Both the position numbers and the translations under genes were made by a program. 64,000 nt of DNA, from the NCBI GenBank assembly GCA_963727505.1, contig CAVSGP010000006.1:64001-128000 (forward strand), read 5' to 3'. Positions 40,768 through 50,634 of the stretch are shown here, in pieces. Below the pieces are notes generated by a model. The model did no database searches and was not told the origin of the DNA. It saw only the letters and a list, made by a program, of their open reading frames with translations. This stretch comes from an uncultured Trueperaceae bacterium (lineage in GTDB: Bacteria > Deinococcota > Deinococci > Deinococcales > Trueperaceae). Each line of letters begins with the position of its first letter. Within the stretch, counting starts at the first letter, position 1.

Positions 40768-41392
40768 CGCGGTGGCTGACGCTCCCTCGCTGACGCTGGC
40801 GCTTCCCAAGGGGCGCGTGATGCAGGAGGCCCTCAACGTGCTGCGGGCAGCGGGGCTGCGGCTCGAGCTGCCGGCCGACGACCGCGCGCTGCGCTTCGAT
40901 GCCGGCGACGCGGAGCTCATCGTCATGCGCAATGCCGACGTCCCCACCTACGTCGACCTGGGGGTGGCCGACGCCGGAGTGGTCGGGAAGGACGTCCTGA
41001 CCGAGGCCGGGAGCGCGCTCTACGAGCCGGTGGACCTGTGCTTCGCGGGTTGCCGGCTGTCGCTGATCCGGCCGCGGGGCGCCTCGGGCGCCGTCGCCAG
41101 GGTGGCCAGCAAGTACCCTCGCGTGACCGCCGAATACCTGCGGCGGATGGGGAGCTCGGCCGAGGTCGTGCGCCTCGCCGGGAACGTGGAGCTGGCCTGC
41201 CTCTCCGGTCTGGCCGATGCGGTCGTCGACGTGGTGCAGACGGGTGCTACCTTGGAGGCCAACGACCTGGAAGAGGTCGACGTCATCCTCCGGTCGAGCG
41301 CCCGCTTCGTGGTGAACCGGGCGGCGCTCAGGCTCAAGGCGGAGCGTCTGCGCCCGTTGATCCTCGCCCTGCGCGACGTCAGCGGGGCGTGA
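40760..41392 (+). CDS. hisG: ATP phosphoribosyltransferase, short form
   Basis: [44 protein letters not shown]. Confidence 0.95.
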   Translation: MVDAVADAPSLTLALPKGRVMQEALNVLRAAGLRLELPADDRALRFDAGDAELIVMRNADVPTYVDLGVADAGVVGKDVLTEAGSALYEPVDLCFAGCRLSLIRPRGASGAVARVASKYPRVTAEYLRRMGSSAEVVRLAGNVELACLSGLADAVVDVVQTGATLEANDLEEVDVILRSSARFVVNRAALRLKAERLRPLILALRDVSGA

Positions 41393-41399
41393 GCGGGGC

Positions 41400-41466
41400 C
41401 CGCGACCCTAGAACCAGCTGCGCCCTAGAACCAACCGTGGCGGGGCGCCGCGACCCTAGAACCAGC
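41400..41466. repeat. Direct repeats of the corA stop-codon region
   Basis: ccgcgaccctagaaccagc at 41400-41418 and 41448-41466; core ccctagaacca also at 41423-41433. Confidence 0.8.
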
Positions 41467-42565
41467 CTCGACGCCGGAAGATCGCCAGCATGCCGAGGGC
41501 GATCACCAGCATCAGGCCCCACAGGGCGGGGTAGGCCCACGGCAACGAGAGCTCGGGCATGTCCTTGAAGTTCATGCCGTAGACGCCGACGAGGAAGCTG
41601 AGCGGGATGAAGATGGTGGCGATGATGGTCAGCACCTTCATCACGTCGTTCATGCGGTAACTGAGCGCCGACAAGTACATATCGTGCAGGTTGGTGAGCA
41701 TGTCGCGCAGACTCTCGACGGTGTCGATGACCTGGATCGCGTGATCGTGGGCGTCGCGCAGGTAGGTGATGGCGGTGGGCGACATCAGGTCGCCCTCCTC
41801 GCGCTCGAGTCCGGCGATCACCTCGCGCAGCGGCCACACCGCCTTGCGCACCATCAGCGTCTCACGCTTGAGGTGGTTGACGCGCTGCAGGACCTCGGTG
41901 GTGGGGTTCGCCAGGATCTCGGCCTCGAGGTCCTCGATGGCGTCCCCGTAGTTCTCGACCACCGTGAAGTAGCGATCGATCACGATGTCGAGTAGCGCGT
42001 AGGCGAGGTAGTCGGCCCCGAGCTTGCGGAGCCGTCCCTTGCCCTGCCGGAGGCGCTCGCGAAGCGGCTCGAACACGTCACCGGGGCGTTCCTGGAACGT
42101 CACCACCACGCGGTCGAGCAGGATCAGGCTGAGCTGCTCGTTGTCCAGCTCGCCCTGCCCGTCCTCGACGTCGTGGGACCGGTAGGCGAGCATGCGCAGC
42201 GCCATGTAGAGGTAGCGCTCGTAGTCCTCGATCTTGGGGCGCTGTCCGAGGCTGACGATGTCCTCCATGGTGAGCGGGTGCAGGTCGAGCGCCGCGCCGA
42301 TCTGTTCGATGAACTCCGTGCGGTGGACGCCATTGACGTTGAGCCAGCGCACCCCCGGGTCCTGGCGTACGCGCTGCAGGGCCTGCTCCAGGGTGAGCTC
42401 GCGCAGCTCCTCGAAGCGCCCCTCGTCGTAGCTGATGAGCTCGAAGGTGACCGGCGCGTCGCGCGCCGGACCCGTGTAGATGACGCTCCCGGGTGAGCTC
42501 CCGACCATGCCGGGGGAGGGCGCCAGCGGACGCCGCGCGCGTCGACGGCGCGAGGAGCCCGTCAC
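41456..42565 (-). CDS. corA: Mg2+/Co2+ transporter CorA
   Basis: HPLTMEDI..QRPK, TFQE, GADYL, MNDVMKVLT, YGMNF..MPEL; start codon uncertain. Confidence 0.93.
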   Translation of the reverse strand: MTGSSRRRRARRPLAPSPGMVGSSPGSVIYTGPARDAPVTFELISYDEGRFEELRELTLEQALQRVRQDPGVRWLNVNGVHRTEFIEQIGAALDLHPLTMEDIVSLGQRPKIEDYERYLYMALRMLAYRSHDVEDGQGELDNEQLSLILLDRVVVTFQERPGDVFEPLRERLRQGKGRLRKLGADYLAYALLDIVIDRYFTVVENYGDAIEDLEAEILANPTTEVLQRVNHLKRETLMVRKAVWPLREVIAGLEREEGDLMSPTAITYLRDAHDHAIQVIDTVESLRDMLTNLHDMYLSALSYRMNDVMKVLTIIATIFIPLSFLVGVYGMNFKDMPELSLPWAYPALWGLMLVIALGMLAIFRRRGWF

Positions 42566-42818
42566 GCCTGCACCGCGCGAGCGGACGCGGGCCGCCGGGG
42601 AGCATGCCCCGTCAGCCACCGGGGGAAGGATGCGGCGTTCATGGCTCTTCCAGCTTACCCGGCGCGCACGGCAGGCATCGTGGCCGGTCGCTCCCGAGGG
42701 CGCGGCCCGGTGCCGATCTTGCAATCGTATTCACGAGCGCTTCCGCGTCGACATGCTCTTGCGGCCCGTCATGGAGCCGGGTTATGTTCGCTTCACCCCG
42801 TGATGGAGGTGCATGTTC

Positions 42819-44354
42819 ATGCGGAGACGCTCGTTGACAGCCTTCGTGGTCCTCGTGTTCGCCCTGCTCGCAGGCGCGGCCCTGGCCCAGCAGACCTTCC
42901 GGATCGCCATCGGGGTCGACCCCGACTCCCTCGATCCGGCACAAGGCACGACCACCACCGTCGACAACGTGCTCGACTACGTGGTGCAGCCCCTCGTCAC
43001 CATCGACGGGACGGGCAAGCTCGTGCCCGACCTCGCCACGAGCTGGAGCACCTCGGCCGACGGCAAGACGCTGACGTTCCATCTACGGCAGGGCGTCACC
43101 TTCCAGGACGGCACGCCGTTCGACGCGAGCGCGGTCAAGTGGAACCTCGATCGCCTTCTCGATCCCAAGGTCCGGGTCCCGCGGCGCGGCCAGCTCACCG
43201 TGATCGACTCCGTCGACGTGGTGGACGCCAACACGGTCCGGCTCAACCTCAAGGCGCCGTCGCCCGCGCTGGTGGGCGCCCTGTCCCAGACCACGGTGGG
43301 CATGCTGTCACCGGCTACGGTCGACAAGGACGGCAACAGCTACGAGAACATCGTTCACCCGGTGGGCACCGGGCCCTACACCTACGCCTCGCGGCAGAAG
43401 GGCAGCAACGTCGTGGTGAGCCGCTACGACGGCTACTGGGGCGAGAAGCCCTACTACGACAAGGTGGTCTTCCAGGTGGTCCCGGAAGCCACCACCCGCG
43501 AGAGCCTGCTGCTCGCCGGCCAGGTCGACCTCATCATCCTGCCGCCCACCTCCGACCTGCCCGCCCTGCAGAACAACCCCCGCGTGAAGGTGCTCTTGGG
43601 GCCCAGCGACCGCACCATCTTCATCGCCATCAACACCAGCAAGAAGGTGTTGGACAACAAGCTGGTGCGTGAGGCGCTCAACTACGCGGTCGACAAGCAG
43701 GCCATCATCAAGGGCGTGCTGTTCGGCGCCGCCGAGCCGATGGACGCCCCCATGGCGCCCAGCCTCTTCGGCTACAAGAAGATCGGCGCCTACCCCTACG
43801 ATCCGGAGAAGGCCAAGGCGCTGTTGAAGCAGGCGAACGTCGATCCCTCGCAGATCACGCTCCACATGATCTCCCCGACCGGCCGCTACGTGCAGGACTT
43901 CCCGGCCTCCCAGGCGATCGCCAACTACATCCGGGACATCGGCTTCAAGGTGGACGTGCGCACCATGGATTGGCCTACCTACGTCGGCACCATCACCAAG
44001 CCGCAGGCCGAGAACACCACCGAGCTCCACCTGCTGGGCTGGGCGCCCTCCTTCATGGACGCGTCGCAGCAGATGCAGCAGTTCGACTGCGGCCAGAGCC
44101 CGCCCAACGGCCTGGCGACCTCGTTCTACTGCAACCAGGACGTCCAGAAGCTGCTGGACCAGGCGAGCAGCGAGATCGACGTGCAGAAGCGGGAGCAGCT
44201 CTACCAACAGGCCTCTCAGATCATCTGGGACGACGCCCCCTGGATCTTCCTGTGGGTGCAGAGCTTCCCGATGGCCTACCAGGCCAACCTGGCCGGCATC
44301 ACGGGCCTGCCCAACGAGAAGTTCTACGCGCTCTACGCGCACCCCGCGAACTAG
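42819..44354 (+). CDS. Peptide/nickel family (family 5) ABC substrate-binding protein
   Basis: Signal peptide ending ALA-Q; SLDP, PDLATSW..DGKTLTFHLRQGVTFQDGTPF, VGTGPY, VREALNYAVD. Confidence 0.92.
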   Translation: MRRRSLTAFVVLVFALLAGAALAQQTFRIAIGVDPDSLDPAQGTTTTVDNVLDYVVQPLVTIDGTGKLVPDLATSWSTSADGKTLTFHLRQGVTFQDGTPFDASAVKWNLDRLLDPKVRVPRRGQLTVIDSVDVVDANTVRLNLKAPSPALVGALSQTTVGMLSPATVDKDGNSYENIVHPVGTGPYTYASRQKGSNVVVSRYDGYWGEKPYYDKVVFQVVPEATTRESLLLAGQVDLIILPPTSDLPALQNNPRVKVLLGPSDRTIFIAINTSKKVLDNKLVREALNYAVDKQAIIKGVLFGAAEPMDAPMAPSLFGYKKIGAYPYDPEKAKALLKQANVDPSQITLHMISPTGRYVQDFPASQAIANYIRDIGFKVDVRTMDWPTYVGTITKPQAENTTELHLLGWAPSFMDASQQMQQFDCGQSPPNGLATSFYCNQDVQKLLDQASSEIDVQKREQLYQQASQIIWDDAPWIFLWVQSFPMAYQANLAGITGLPNEKFYALYAHPAN

Positions 44355-44390
44355 GGGAGGAGCCTTGGGCACGGCGGTCCTGCAGCCTTC

Positions 44391-45320
44391 ATGAGCGGTT
44401 CACTCGGCTACCTGCTGCAGCGTCTCATCGGAGTGATGGTCACGATCCTGTTCGTGGCCATCACGATCTTCCTGATGGTGCGCATCCTGCCGGGGGACCC
44501 GGCGCGCGTCATCGCGGGGGTGCTGGCGAGCGATCAGGACGTCGCGCGCATCCGCACCCAGCTGGGCCTCGACCAGCCGCTGTGGACGCAGGCCGGCATC
44601 TTCCTGAACCACCTCGCCCACGGAGATCTGGGCATCAGCGCCCGTACCTCGGACCCCGTCACCGGGGAGATCCTGGCGCGCCTCCCCTACACGGCCTTGC
44701 TGGCGGTGGTGAGCCTGGCGGTCGCGGTAGCGGTGGGTCTGCCGCTCGGAGCCCTGGCCGCGGCCCGCGCCGGCAGCCTCGTCGACCTGGCGGTGTCGGC
44801 GCTGGTGCTCTTCGGGATCAGCATGCCCGTGTACTGGCTGGGCCTGATGCTCATCATCCTGTTCTCGATCCAGCTCCGGTGGCTGCCTGCAGCGGGCGCT
44901 TCGGGCCCTCTCTCGATCATCCTGCCGGCGTTCACGCTGGCCGCCTTCTCGGTGGCGTTCATCGCGCGCATCACGCGCTCCAGCATGCTGGAGGTGCTCC
45001 GCCAGGACTACGTGCGCACGGCGCGTGCCAAGGGGACGCACGCGCGCAGCGTGCTCTGGCGCCACGCCCTGCGCAACGCGCTGCCCCCGATCGTGACCAT
45101 CATCGGGCTGCAGTTCGGCGAGTTGCTCGGGGGCGCCATCCTCACCGAGACCGTGTTCGGGTGGCCGGGGATGGGACGGCTGCTGGTCGATTCCATCTTC
45201 GCCCGCGACTACCCCATGGTGCAGGGGCTGGTCATCGTCTTCGCGCTGATGTTCGCGCTGGTCAACCTGGCGGTCGACCTGCTGTACGAGCGCATCGACC
45301 CGCGGGTGCGCTATGGCTAG
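44391..45320 (+). CDS. Peptide ABC permease (DppB-like)
   Basis: PGDPA, LGLDQP, GDLG, DYVRTARAKG, ETVFGWPGMG, IDPRV. Confidence 0.92.
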   Translation: MSGSLGYLLQRLIGVMVTILFVAITIFLMVRILPGDPARVIAGVLASDQDVARIRTQLGLDQPLWTQAGIFLNHLAHGDLGISARTSDPVTGEILARLPYTALLAVVSLAVAVAVGLPLGALAAARAGSLVDLAVSALVLFGISMPVYWLGLMLIILFSIQLRWLPAAGASGPLSIILPAFTLAAFSVAFIARITRSSMLEVLRQDYVRTARAKGTHARSVLWRHALRNALPPIVTIIGLQFGELLGGAILTETVFGWPGMGRLLVDSIFARDYPMVQGLVIVFALMFALVNLAVDLLYERIDPRVRYG

Positions 45321-46203
45321 CCCGGTTCCGGCTGCCCGCTCCAGCGACCTGCTACGACGCGTCTTCGGCGGAGAGACCCTCAAGCGCTTGCGCAGGAACC
45401 CGTCGGCCGTCGCCGGCGTCGTCATCCTGCTGGTGCTCGTCCTGGCGGCGATCTTCGCGCCGTTGCTGACGCCCTACGATCCGGCCAGGCAGTCCCTCGG
45501 CGACGTGCTGCAGCACCCCTCCCGAACGCACCTGCTGGGCACCGATCAGCTCGGCCGCGACCTGCTGGCCCGCATCCTCTACGGCGGCCGGTTGACGCTC
45601 TTCATCGGCGCCTTCGCGGTGGCGGTGGGCATCGTGGTAGGGGTGCCGCTCGGCATCGTCTCCGGCTTCTACCGGGGCGCCACGGACATGATCATCCAGC
45701 GCGTGATGGACCTGATGCTGGCGTTCACCAGCTTCCTGCTCGCGCTCACGCTGGTGTCGCTGCTGGGCGTGGGCCTCACCAACGTGATCGTGGCGGTCGG
45801 CATCAGCACCATCCCGCGTTTCGCGAGGCTGGTGAGGAGCTCGGTACTGACCATCCGCGAGATCAGCTACGTCGAGGCCAGTCGCGCCCTGGGTGCGGCC
45901 GATCAGCGGGTGTTGTGGCGGCACGTGCTCCCCAACGCCTTGGCGCCCGTCATCGTGCAGGCCACGCTGTCGATGGGGGGGACCATCCTGACGGCAGCCG
46001 GGCTGGGCTTCCTGGGTCTGGGGGTCCAACCTCCGACGCCGGAGTGGGGGGCCATGCTAGGGCAGGGGCGCAACTACATCTTCTCGAACCCTTCGGTGAG
46101 CACCTTCCCGGGGATCGCCATCTTCCTCGCCGTGATGGGCTTCAACCTGCTCGGCGATGGTCTGCGCGACGCGCTCGACCCCCAGCTCCGCGGCTCCCGC
46201 TGA
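45313..46203 (+). CDS. Peptide ABC permease (DppC-like)
   Basis: LGTDQLGRD, YVEASRALGA, HVLPN, LGFLGLG..PPTPEWG, GDGLRDALDP. Confidence 0.92.
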   Translation: MASPVPAARSSDLLRRVFGGETLKRLRRNPSAVAGVVILLVLVLAAIFAPLLTPYDPARQSLGDVLQHPSRTHLLGTDQLGRDLLARILYGGRLTLFIGAFAVAVGIVVGVPLGIVSGFYRGATDMIIQRVMDLMLAFTSFLLALTLVSLLGVGLTNVIVAVGISTIPRFARLVRSSVLTIREISYVEASRALGAADQRVLWRHVLPNALAPVIVQATLSMGGTILTAAGLGFLGLGVQPPTPEWGAMLGQGRNYIFSNPSVSTFPGIAIFLAVMGFNLLGDGLRDALDPQLRGSR

Positions 46204-46228
46204 GCCCCCTGCCCCCGAAAGGATCCCC

Positions 46229-47419
46229 ATGCCCGATTCCCATGCCGTCGTCTTCCATGGCACGTTCATCGACCCGGTCGAGGCCGCCGCCCGCGAGGGC
46301 TGGTTGCACGTTACCGACGGGCGCATCGTCACCCTCGAGGACCGCGCGCCGGCCGCGGGCGCCGATGTGGTGGAGCTCGACGGCTGGGTGGTTCCCGGTC
46401 TCGTCGACGCCCACATCCACCTGAGCCTCGACGGCGGAACCGACCCCAGTGCACGGCTCCAGGCAGAGCGCACGACGGATACCGTGGTCCGGGCGCTGGA
46501 ACACCTGCGGGCGCACCTGCGCGCCGGCATCACCACCGTGCGGGACCTCGGCGGCCCCGGCACGCTCGCGATCGACCTCGCGCGGGCCGTCGAGGACGGT
46601 CGTATCGAGGGGCCGATGGTGGTGGCGTGCGGACGCAACATCACCATGACGGGCGGCCATGCCCACGCTTTCGGCATCGAGGCCGACGGGCCCGACGCGG
46701 TTCGCCGGGCGGCGCGCGGTCAGCTCCAGGCCGGTGCCCGGGTGCTCAAGTTCATGGCCACCGGCGGCGTGCTCACCCCCGGCGTCACGGCGGGCGCGGA
46801 AGCGCTCACCGAGGCGGAGCTGCGCGCCGGCATCGAGGAGGCACACAAGGCGGGCAAGCGTACCGCCACCCACGCCCAGGGCCTCGCCGGCATCAAGAAC
46901 GCGCTGCGCGCCGGCATCGACACCCTCGAGCACGGTGCCTTCGACAACTGGGACGAGGAGGCCCTCGGCCTCATGACGGCGGGGCCGCGCCCGGTCTGGC
47001 TGGTGCCGACGCTGGCGGCGCCCGACGGGATCCTCTCGGGAGAAGGACGGGTGCCGGAGTGGGCCGTTGCGAAGACCCGCCCCATCGCCGAGCGTCACCG
47101 TGCCAACGCACTCGAGGCCTACCGTGCCGGCGTTCGGATCGCCGCAGGCACCGACGCCGGCACCCCGCTCAACCCGCACGGCAACCTGCCGCGCGAGCTG
47201 GAGCTACTGGCCGAGATCGGGCTGCCGTTGGCGGCCGTGCTGCAGGCGGCGACCGGACAGGCGGCGGCCGCGCTCGACCTCGACGGAGAGGTGGGGTCGC
47301 TGCGACCCGGCGCGCGCGCCGACCTGCTGGTGCTGGGTGCAGACCCGCTGCACGACGCCCGGGCCTACCGAGAGGTGCGCGAGGTCTTCAAGGGTGGGCG
47401 CAGGCCGACCTTCGGTTAG
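46229..47419 (+). CDS. Metal-dependent amidohydrolase (M38/Xaa-Pro dipeptidase-like)
   Basis: PGLVDAHIH, GITTVRDLG, KFMATGG, ATHA, LEHG, AGTDAG, G..ADL. Confidence 0.88.
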   Translation: MPDSHAVVFHGTFIDPVEAAAREGWLHVTDGRIVTLEDRAPAAGADVVELDGWVVPGLVDAHIHLSLDGGTDPSARLQAERTTDTVVRALEHLRAHLRAGITTVRDLGGPGTLAIDLARAVEDGRIEGPMVVACGRNITMTGGHAHAFGIEADGPDAVRRAARGQLQAGARVLKFMATGGVLTPGVTAGAEALTEAELRAGIEEAHKAGKRTATHAQGLAGIKNALRAGIDTLEHGAFDNWDEEALGLMTAGPRPVWLVPTLAAPDGILSGEGRVPEWAVAKTRPIAERHRANALEAYRAGVRIAAGTDAGTPLNPHGNLPRELELLAEIGLPLAAVLQAATGQAAAALDLDGEVGSLRPGARADLLVLGADPLHDARAYREVREVFKGGRRPTFG

Positions 47420-47477
47420 CCTAGGCCCGGGGCGGCGCCGCTTTCGGAGAGCTGGCCCGCTCCCCCTGGAGGACGTG

Positions 47478-50400
47478 ATGCAGGACGCGCAGACGACTTC
47501 GCACTATCCCGTCGAGCCCTGGGCCGTCCGCGAGACCGCCTTCGACCCGGCCGCCTGCGCGCGCAGCGAGACGGTGTTCGCACTCGGCAACGGCTACCTG
47601 GGGATGCGGGGCGCTTTCGAGGAGGGGCTCGACCCCGCCGTCGGCAGCTCGGTCCGCGGGACCTACCTCAACGGCTTCTTCGAGTCGGGACCGATCCACT
47701 ACCCCGAGGACGCCTACGGGCTGGCCCGCAAGCGCCAGACCCTTCTCAACGTCACGGACGCCCTGGGCATCGAGCTGCGGGTCGACGGTGAGCGCTTCTC
47801 CATGAGCGACGGGCGCGTGGAGGCGTACGAACGTGTGCTGGACTTCCGCCGGGGTGTGCTCGAGCGCTCGCTCACCTGGGTCTCGCCCCGCGGGCAGCGA
47901 GTGTCGGTGCGCATCGAACGGCTGGTGTCCTTGACGCGGAGGCCCGTCGCCGCCCTGCGCTACCGCGTGACGCCGCTCGACACCGAGCTCGAGCTCGAGC
48001 TGCGCTCCAGCGTCGACGGGCGGGTGGAGAACACCGTCGACGAGAGCGACCACCGCGTCGGAGGGGTGGCCGGGCGCGTCCTGGTCAGCGTCGCGTCCGA
48101 GCTCGAGGGCGAGCTGCTGGCACTGCGCCAGCGCGCGCCCCTGAGCGGCATGGAGCTCGGGTGCGCGGCCGACCATCGGGTGACCGGCGGGGAGATCCTG
48201 GAGCGCCGCGCGCTCGAGGAGGACCACCGGCTGACGCTCACCTACCGCGTCCGCGCGGGCCGGGGCGAGGCCGTCACGCTGGAGAAGAGCCTCGCCTACG
48301 TCGATTCGCGCGAGGTCGAGGTCGGCCAGCTGTTCGAGCGTTGCGCCGCCGCCGCACGGGAGGCGCGGACGGCCGGGTTCGAAGCGCTCGAGGCGGAGCA
48401 GCGCGGGGCGCTGGCGTCGTTCTGGCGCGGCAGCGACATCGAGGTCGAAGGGGACGACGCCCTGCAGCAGAGCCTGCGCTTCGGCTCTCTGCAGCTGTTG
48501 CAGGGCACCGGCAGGGACGGCCGCAGCTCGATCGCTGCCAAGGGGCTGACCGGCCCCGGCTACGAGGGGCACCTGTTCTGGGACGCCGAGGTGTACGTGC
48601 TCCCGTTCTTCCTGTACACCCGGCCCGAGGTGGCCCGTTCCATGCTCGAGCACCGCATCCACGGCTTGGACGCCGCCCGCGCCCGCGCGGCCGAGCTCTC
48701 CCACGCCGGCGCCCTCTACCCCTGGCGCACGATCGACGGCGAGGAGGCGTCGGCCTACTTCCCGGCCGGAACCGCCCAGCTCCACATCAACGCCGACATC
48801 GCCTACGCCCTGGAGCGCTACCTGGAGGCCACCGACGACGTCGACCTGCTGTGGCAGGGGGGTGCGGCGATGTTGTTCGAGACAGCCCGCTTCTGGCTGT
48901 CGCGCGGCACCTTCGTGGCGCGTCGCGGCGGACGCTTCTGCCTGCACACCGTCACCGGCCCCGACGAGTACACGGCCCTGGTGGACAACAACCTCTACAC
49001 CAATCTGATGGCGCAAGGGCATCTGCGTTTCGCGGTACGGGTCGCCGAGCGGCTCGAGCGCGAGGCGCCGTCGCGCTACGCCGAGCTCGTCCGCACCCTG
49101 GCGCTCGACGCCGGCGAGCTCGAGCGCTGGGGCCTGGCGGCGGACCGCATGGAGCTGCCCTTCGACCGCGAGCTGGGCGTGCACCCGCAGGACGACGGTT
49201 TCCTCGACAAGGAGCCGTGGGACCCCACGACCATCCCGGACGGCAAGCGTCCCCTGCTGCTCCACTACCACCCGCTCGACATCTACCGCCGGCAGGTGCT
49301 GAAGCAGGCCGATGTGGTGCTCGGGCTCTTCCTGCGCGAGGAGCACTTCAGCCGGGCCGAGGCGCGCCGCGACTTCGCCTACTACGAGCCGCTCACCACC
49401 CACGACTCGTCGCTGTCGCCGTGCGTGCACGGCCTCGTGGCCGCGCGGCTGGGCCAGGTCGACAAGGCGTACGACTACTTCGGGCGCACCGCCCGCATGG
49501 ACCTCGACGACATCAATCGGAACGTCAAGGACGGTGTGCACACCGCCGCCATGGGTGGGACCTGGCTGGCGGTGGTGGCCGGCTTCGCGGGCATGAGGGT
49601 GCGCGGCGGGCGCCTGAGCTTCGAGCCGCGCCTGCCCGCGGCATGGGAGGGGTTGCGCTTCCGGGTGGCGTTCCGCGGTGCCACCCTCGAGGTCGCGGTG
49701 CAGCGCGAGCGGACGCTCTACCACCTCGTCGAGGGCGGGCCCCTGAGCGTGGCCCACCGGTCTGACGTACTGGAGCTCGGGCCCGGCGGACAGGCGGCGC
49801 GCCCCAACACGCCCCAGTTCAAGGCGGTGCTGTTCGATCTGGACGGCGTCATCACCGACACCGCCGAGTACCACTACCGCGCCTGGCAGGCGCTGGCCGA
49901 CGACCTCGGCATCCCCTTCGACCGCGAGGCCAACGAGGCGCTGCGCGGCGTCGGTCGCATGGATTCGCTGGAGCGGATCCTCGAGCGCGGCGGCCGGAGC
50001 TACGGCGACGAGGAGAAGGCGCGCCTGGCCGACGACAAGAACCGTCACTACCAGGAGCTCATCGAGGGGATCTCCCCGGCCGACATGCTGCCCGGCGTGG
50101 GCGCCCTGCTGCGCGAAGCCCGGGAGGCGGGGCTCAAGCTCGCGGTGGCGTCGGCCAGCCGCAACGCGCCGGCGGTGATCCGCAGCCTCGGACTCGAGGA
50201 CGTCTTCGACGTGGTGGTCGACGCCGGCCGGGTCGTTCGCGGAAAGCCCGACCCGGAGGTCTTCCAGCGCGCGGCCGAAGCGCTCGGCCTGCCCGACGAG
50301 GACTGCCTGGGCATCGAGGACGCCGAGGCGGGCGTGGCTGCGCTCCGCGGTGCTTCGATGGCCACGGTCGGCGTGGGCGACGCCGCCCGCCTGGCCGCGG

Positions 50401-50531
50401 CACATCGGGTGGTGAAGGCCACCGACGAGCTCGACCTGGCGCTCCTGCGCGACGCCTTCGCGGCCGCCCACCCGGCTGCGCACCCGGCCGCGCACCCGGC
50501 CGCCCACGGGGGCGCCGACACGCCGGCCTGA
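47478..50531 (+). CDS. GH65 glycoside phosphorylase fused to beta-phosphoglucomutase
   Basis: GNGYLGMRG, KGLTG.GYEGH.FWD, GPDEY, KQAD, HDSSLS; C-terminal HAD domain FDLDGVITDTAEYHY..KPDPE..IEDA. Confidence 0.9.
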   Translation: MQDAQTTSHYPVEPWAVRETAFDPAACARSETVFALGNGYLGMRGAFEEGLDPAVGSSVRGTYLNGFFESGPIHYPEDAYGLARKRQTLLNVTDALGIELRVDGERFSMSDGRVEAYERVLDFRRGVLERSLTWVSPRGQRVSVRIERLVSLTRRPVAALRYRVTPLDTELELELRSSVDGRVENTVDESDHRVGGVAGRVLVSVASELEGELLALRQRAPLSGMELGCAADHRVTGGEILERRALEEDHRLTLTYRVRAGRGEAVTLEKSLAYVDSREVEVGQLFERCAAAAREARTAGFEALEAEQRGALASFWRGSDIEVEGDDALQQSLRFGSLQLLQGTGRDGRSSIAAKGLTGPGYEGHLFWDAEVYVLPFFLYTRPEVARSMLEHRIHGLDAARARAAELSHAGALYPWRTIDGEEASAYFPAGTAQLHINADIAYALERYLEATDDVDLLWQGGAAMLFETARFWLSRGTFVARRGGRFCLHTVTGPDEYTALVDNNLYTNLMAQGHLRFAVRVAERLEREAPSRYAELVRTLALDAGELERWGLAADRMELPFDRELGVHPQDDGFLDKEPWDPTTIPDGKRPLLLHYHPLDIYRRQVLKQADVVLGLFLREEHFSRAEARRDFAYYEPLTTHDSSLSPCVHGLVAARLGQVDKAYDYFGRTARMDLDDINRNVKDGVHTAAMGGTWLAVVAGFAGMRVRGGRLSFEPRLPAAWEGLRFRVAFRGATLEVAVQRERTLYHLVEGGPLSVAHRSDVLELGPGGQAARPNTPQFKAVLFDLDGVITDTAEYHYRAWQALADDLGIPFDREANEALRGVGRMDSLERILERGGRSYGDEEKARLADDKNRHYQELIEGISPADMLPGVGALLREAREAGLKLAVASASRNAPAVIRSLGLEDVFDVVVDAGRVVRGKPDPEVFQRAAEALGLPDEDCLGIEDAEAGVAALRGASMATVGVGDAARLAAAHRVVKATDELDLALLRDAFAAAHPAAHPAAHPAAHGGADTPA
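50463..50510 (+). repeat. 12-bp tandem repeat x4 encoding (AAHP)n
   Basis: gccgcgcacccg-like units at the C-terminus of the fusion. Confidence 0.85.
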
Positions 50532-50634
50532 GCGGTCCCCGAGAGGTGTGGTGGGGGGCGCGCGGTTCCGGCGCGCGGTCGCGCCCCCGGCACGCCCGAC
50601 CCGGCAACGGGGGCCCCGGCGCTAGCATGGAGCG

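Noticed and set aside
47421..50507. 1028-aa minus-strand ORF
   Set aside because: Codon-register antisense of the GH65/PGM gene.
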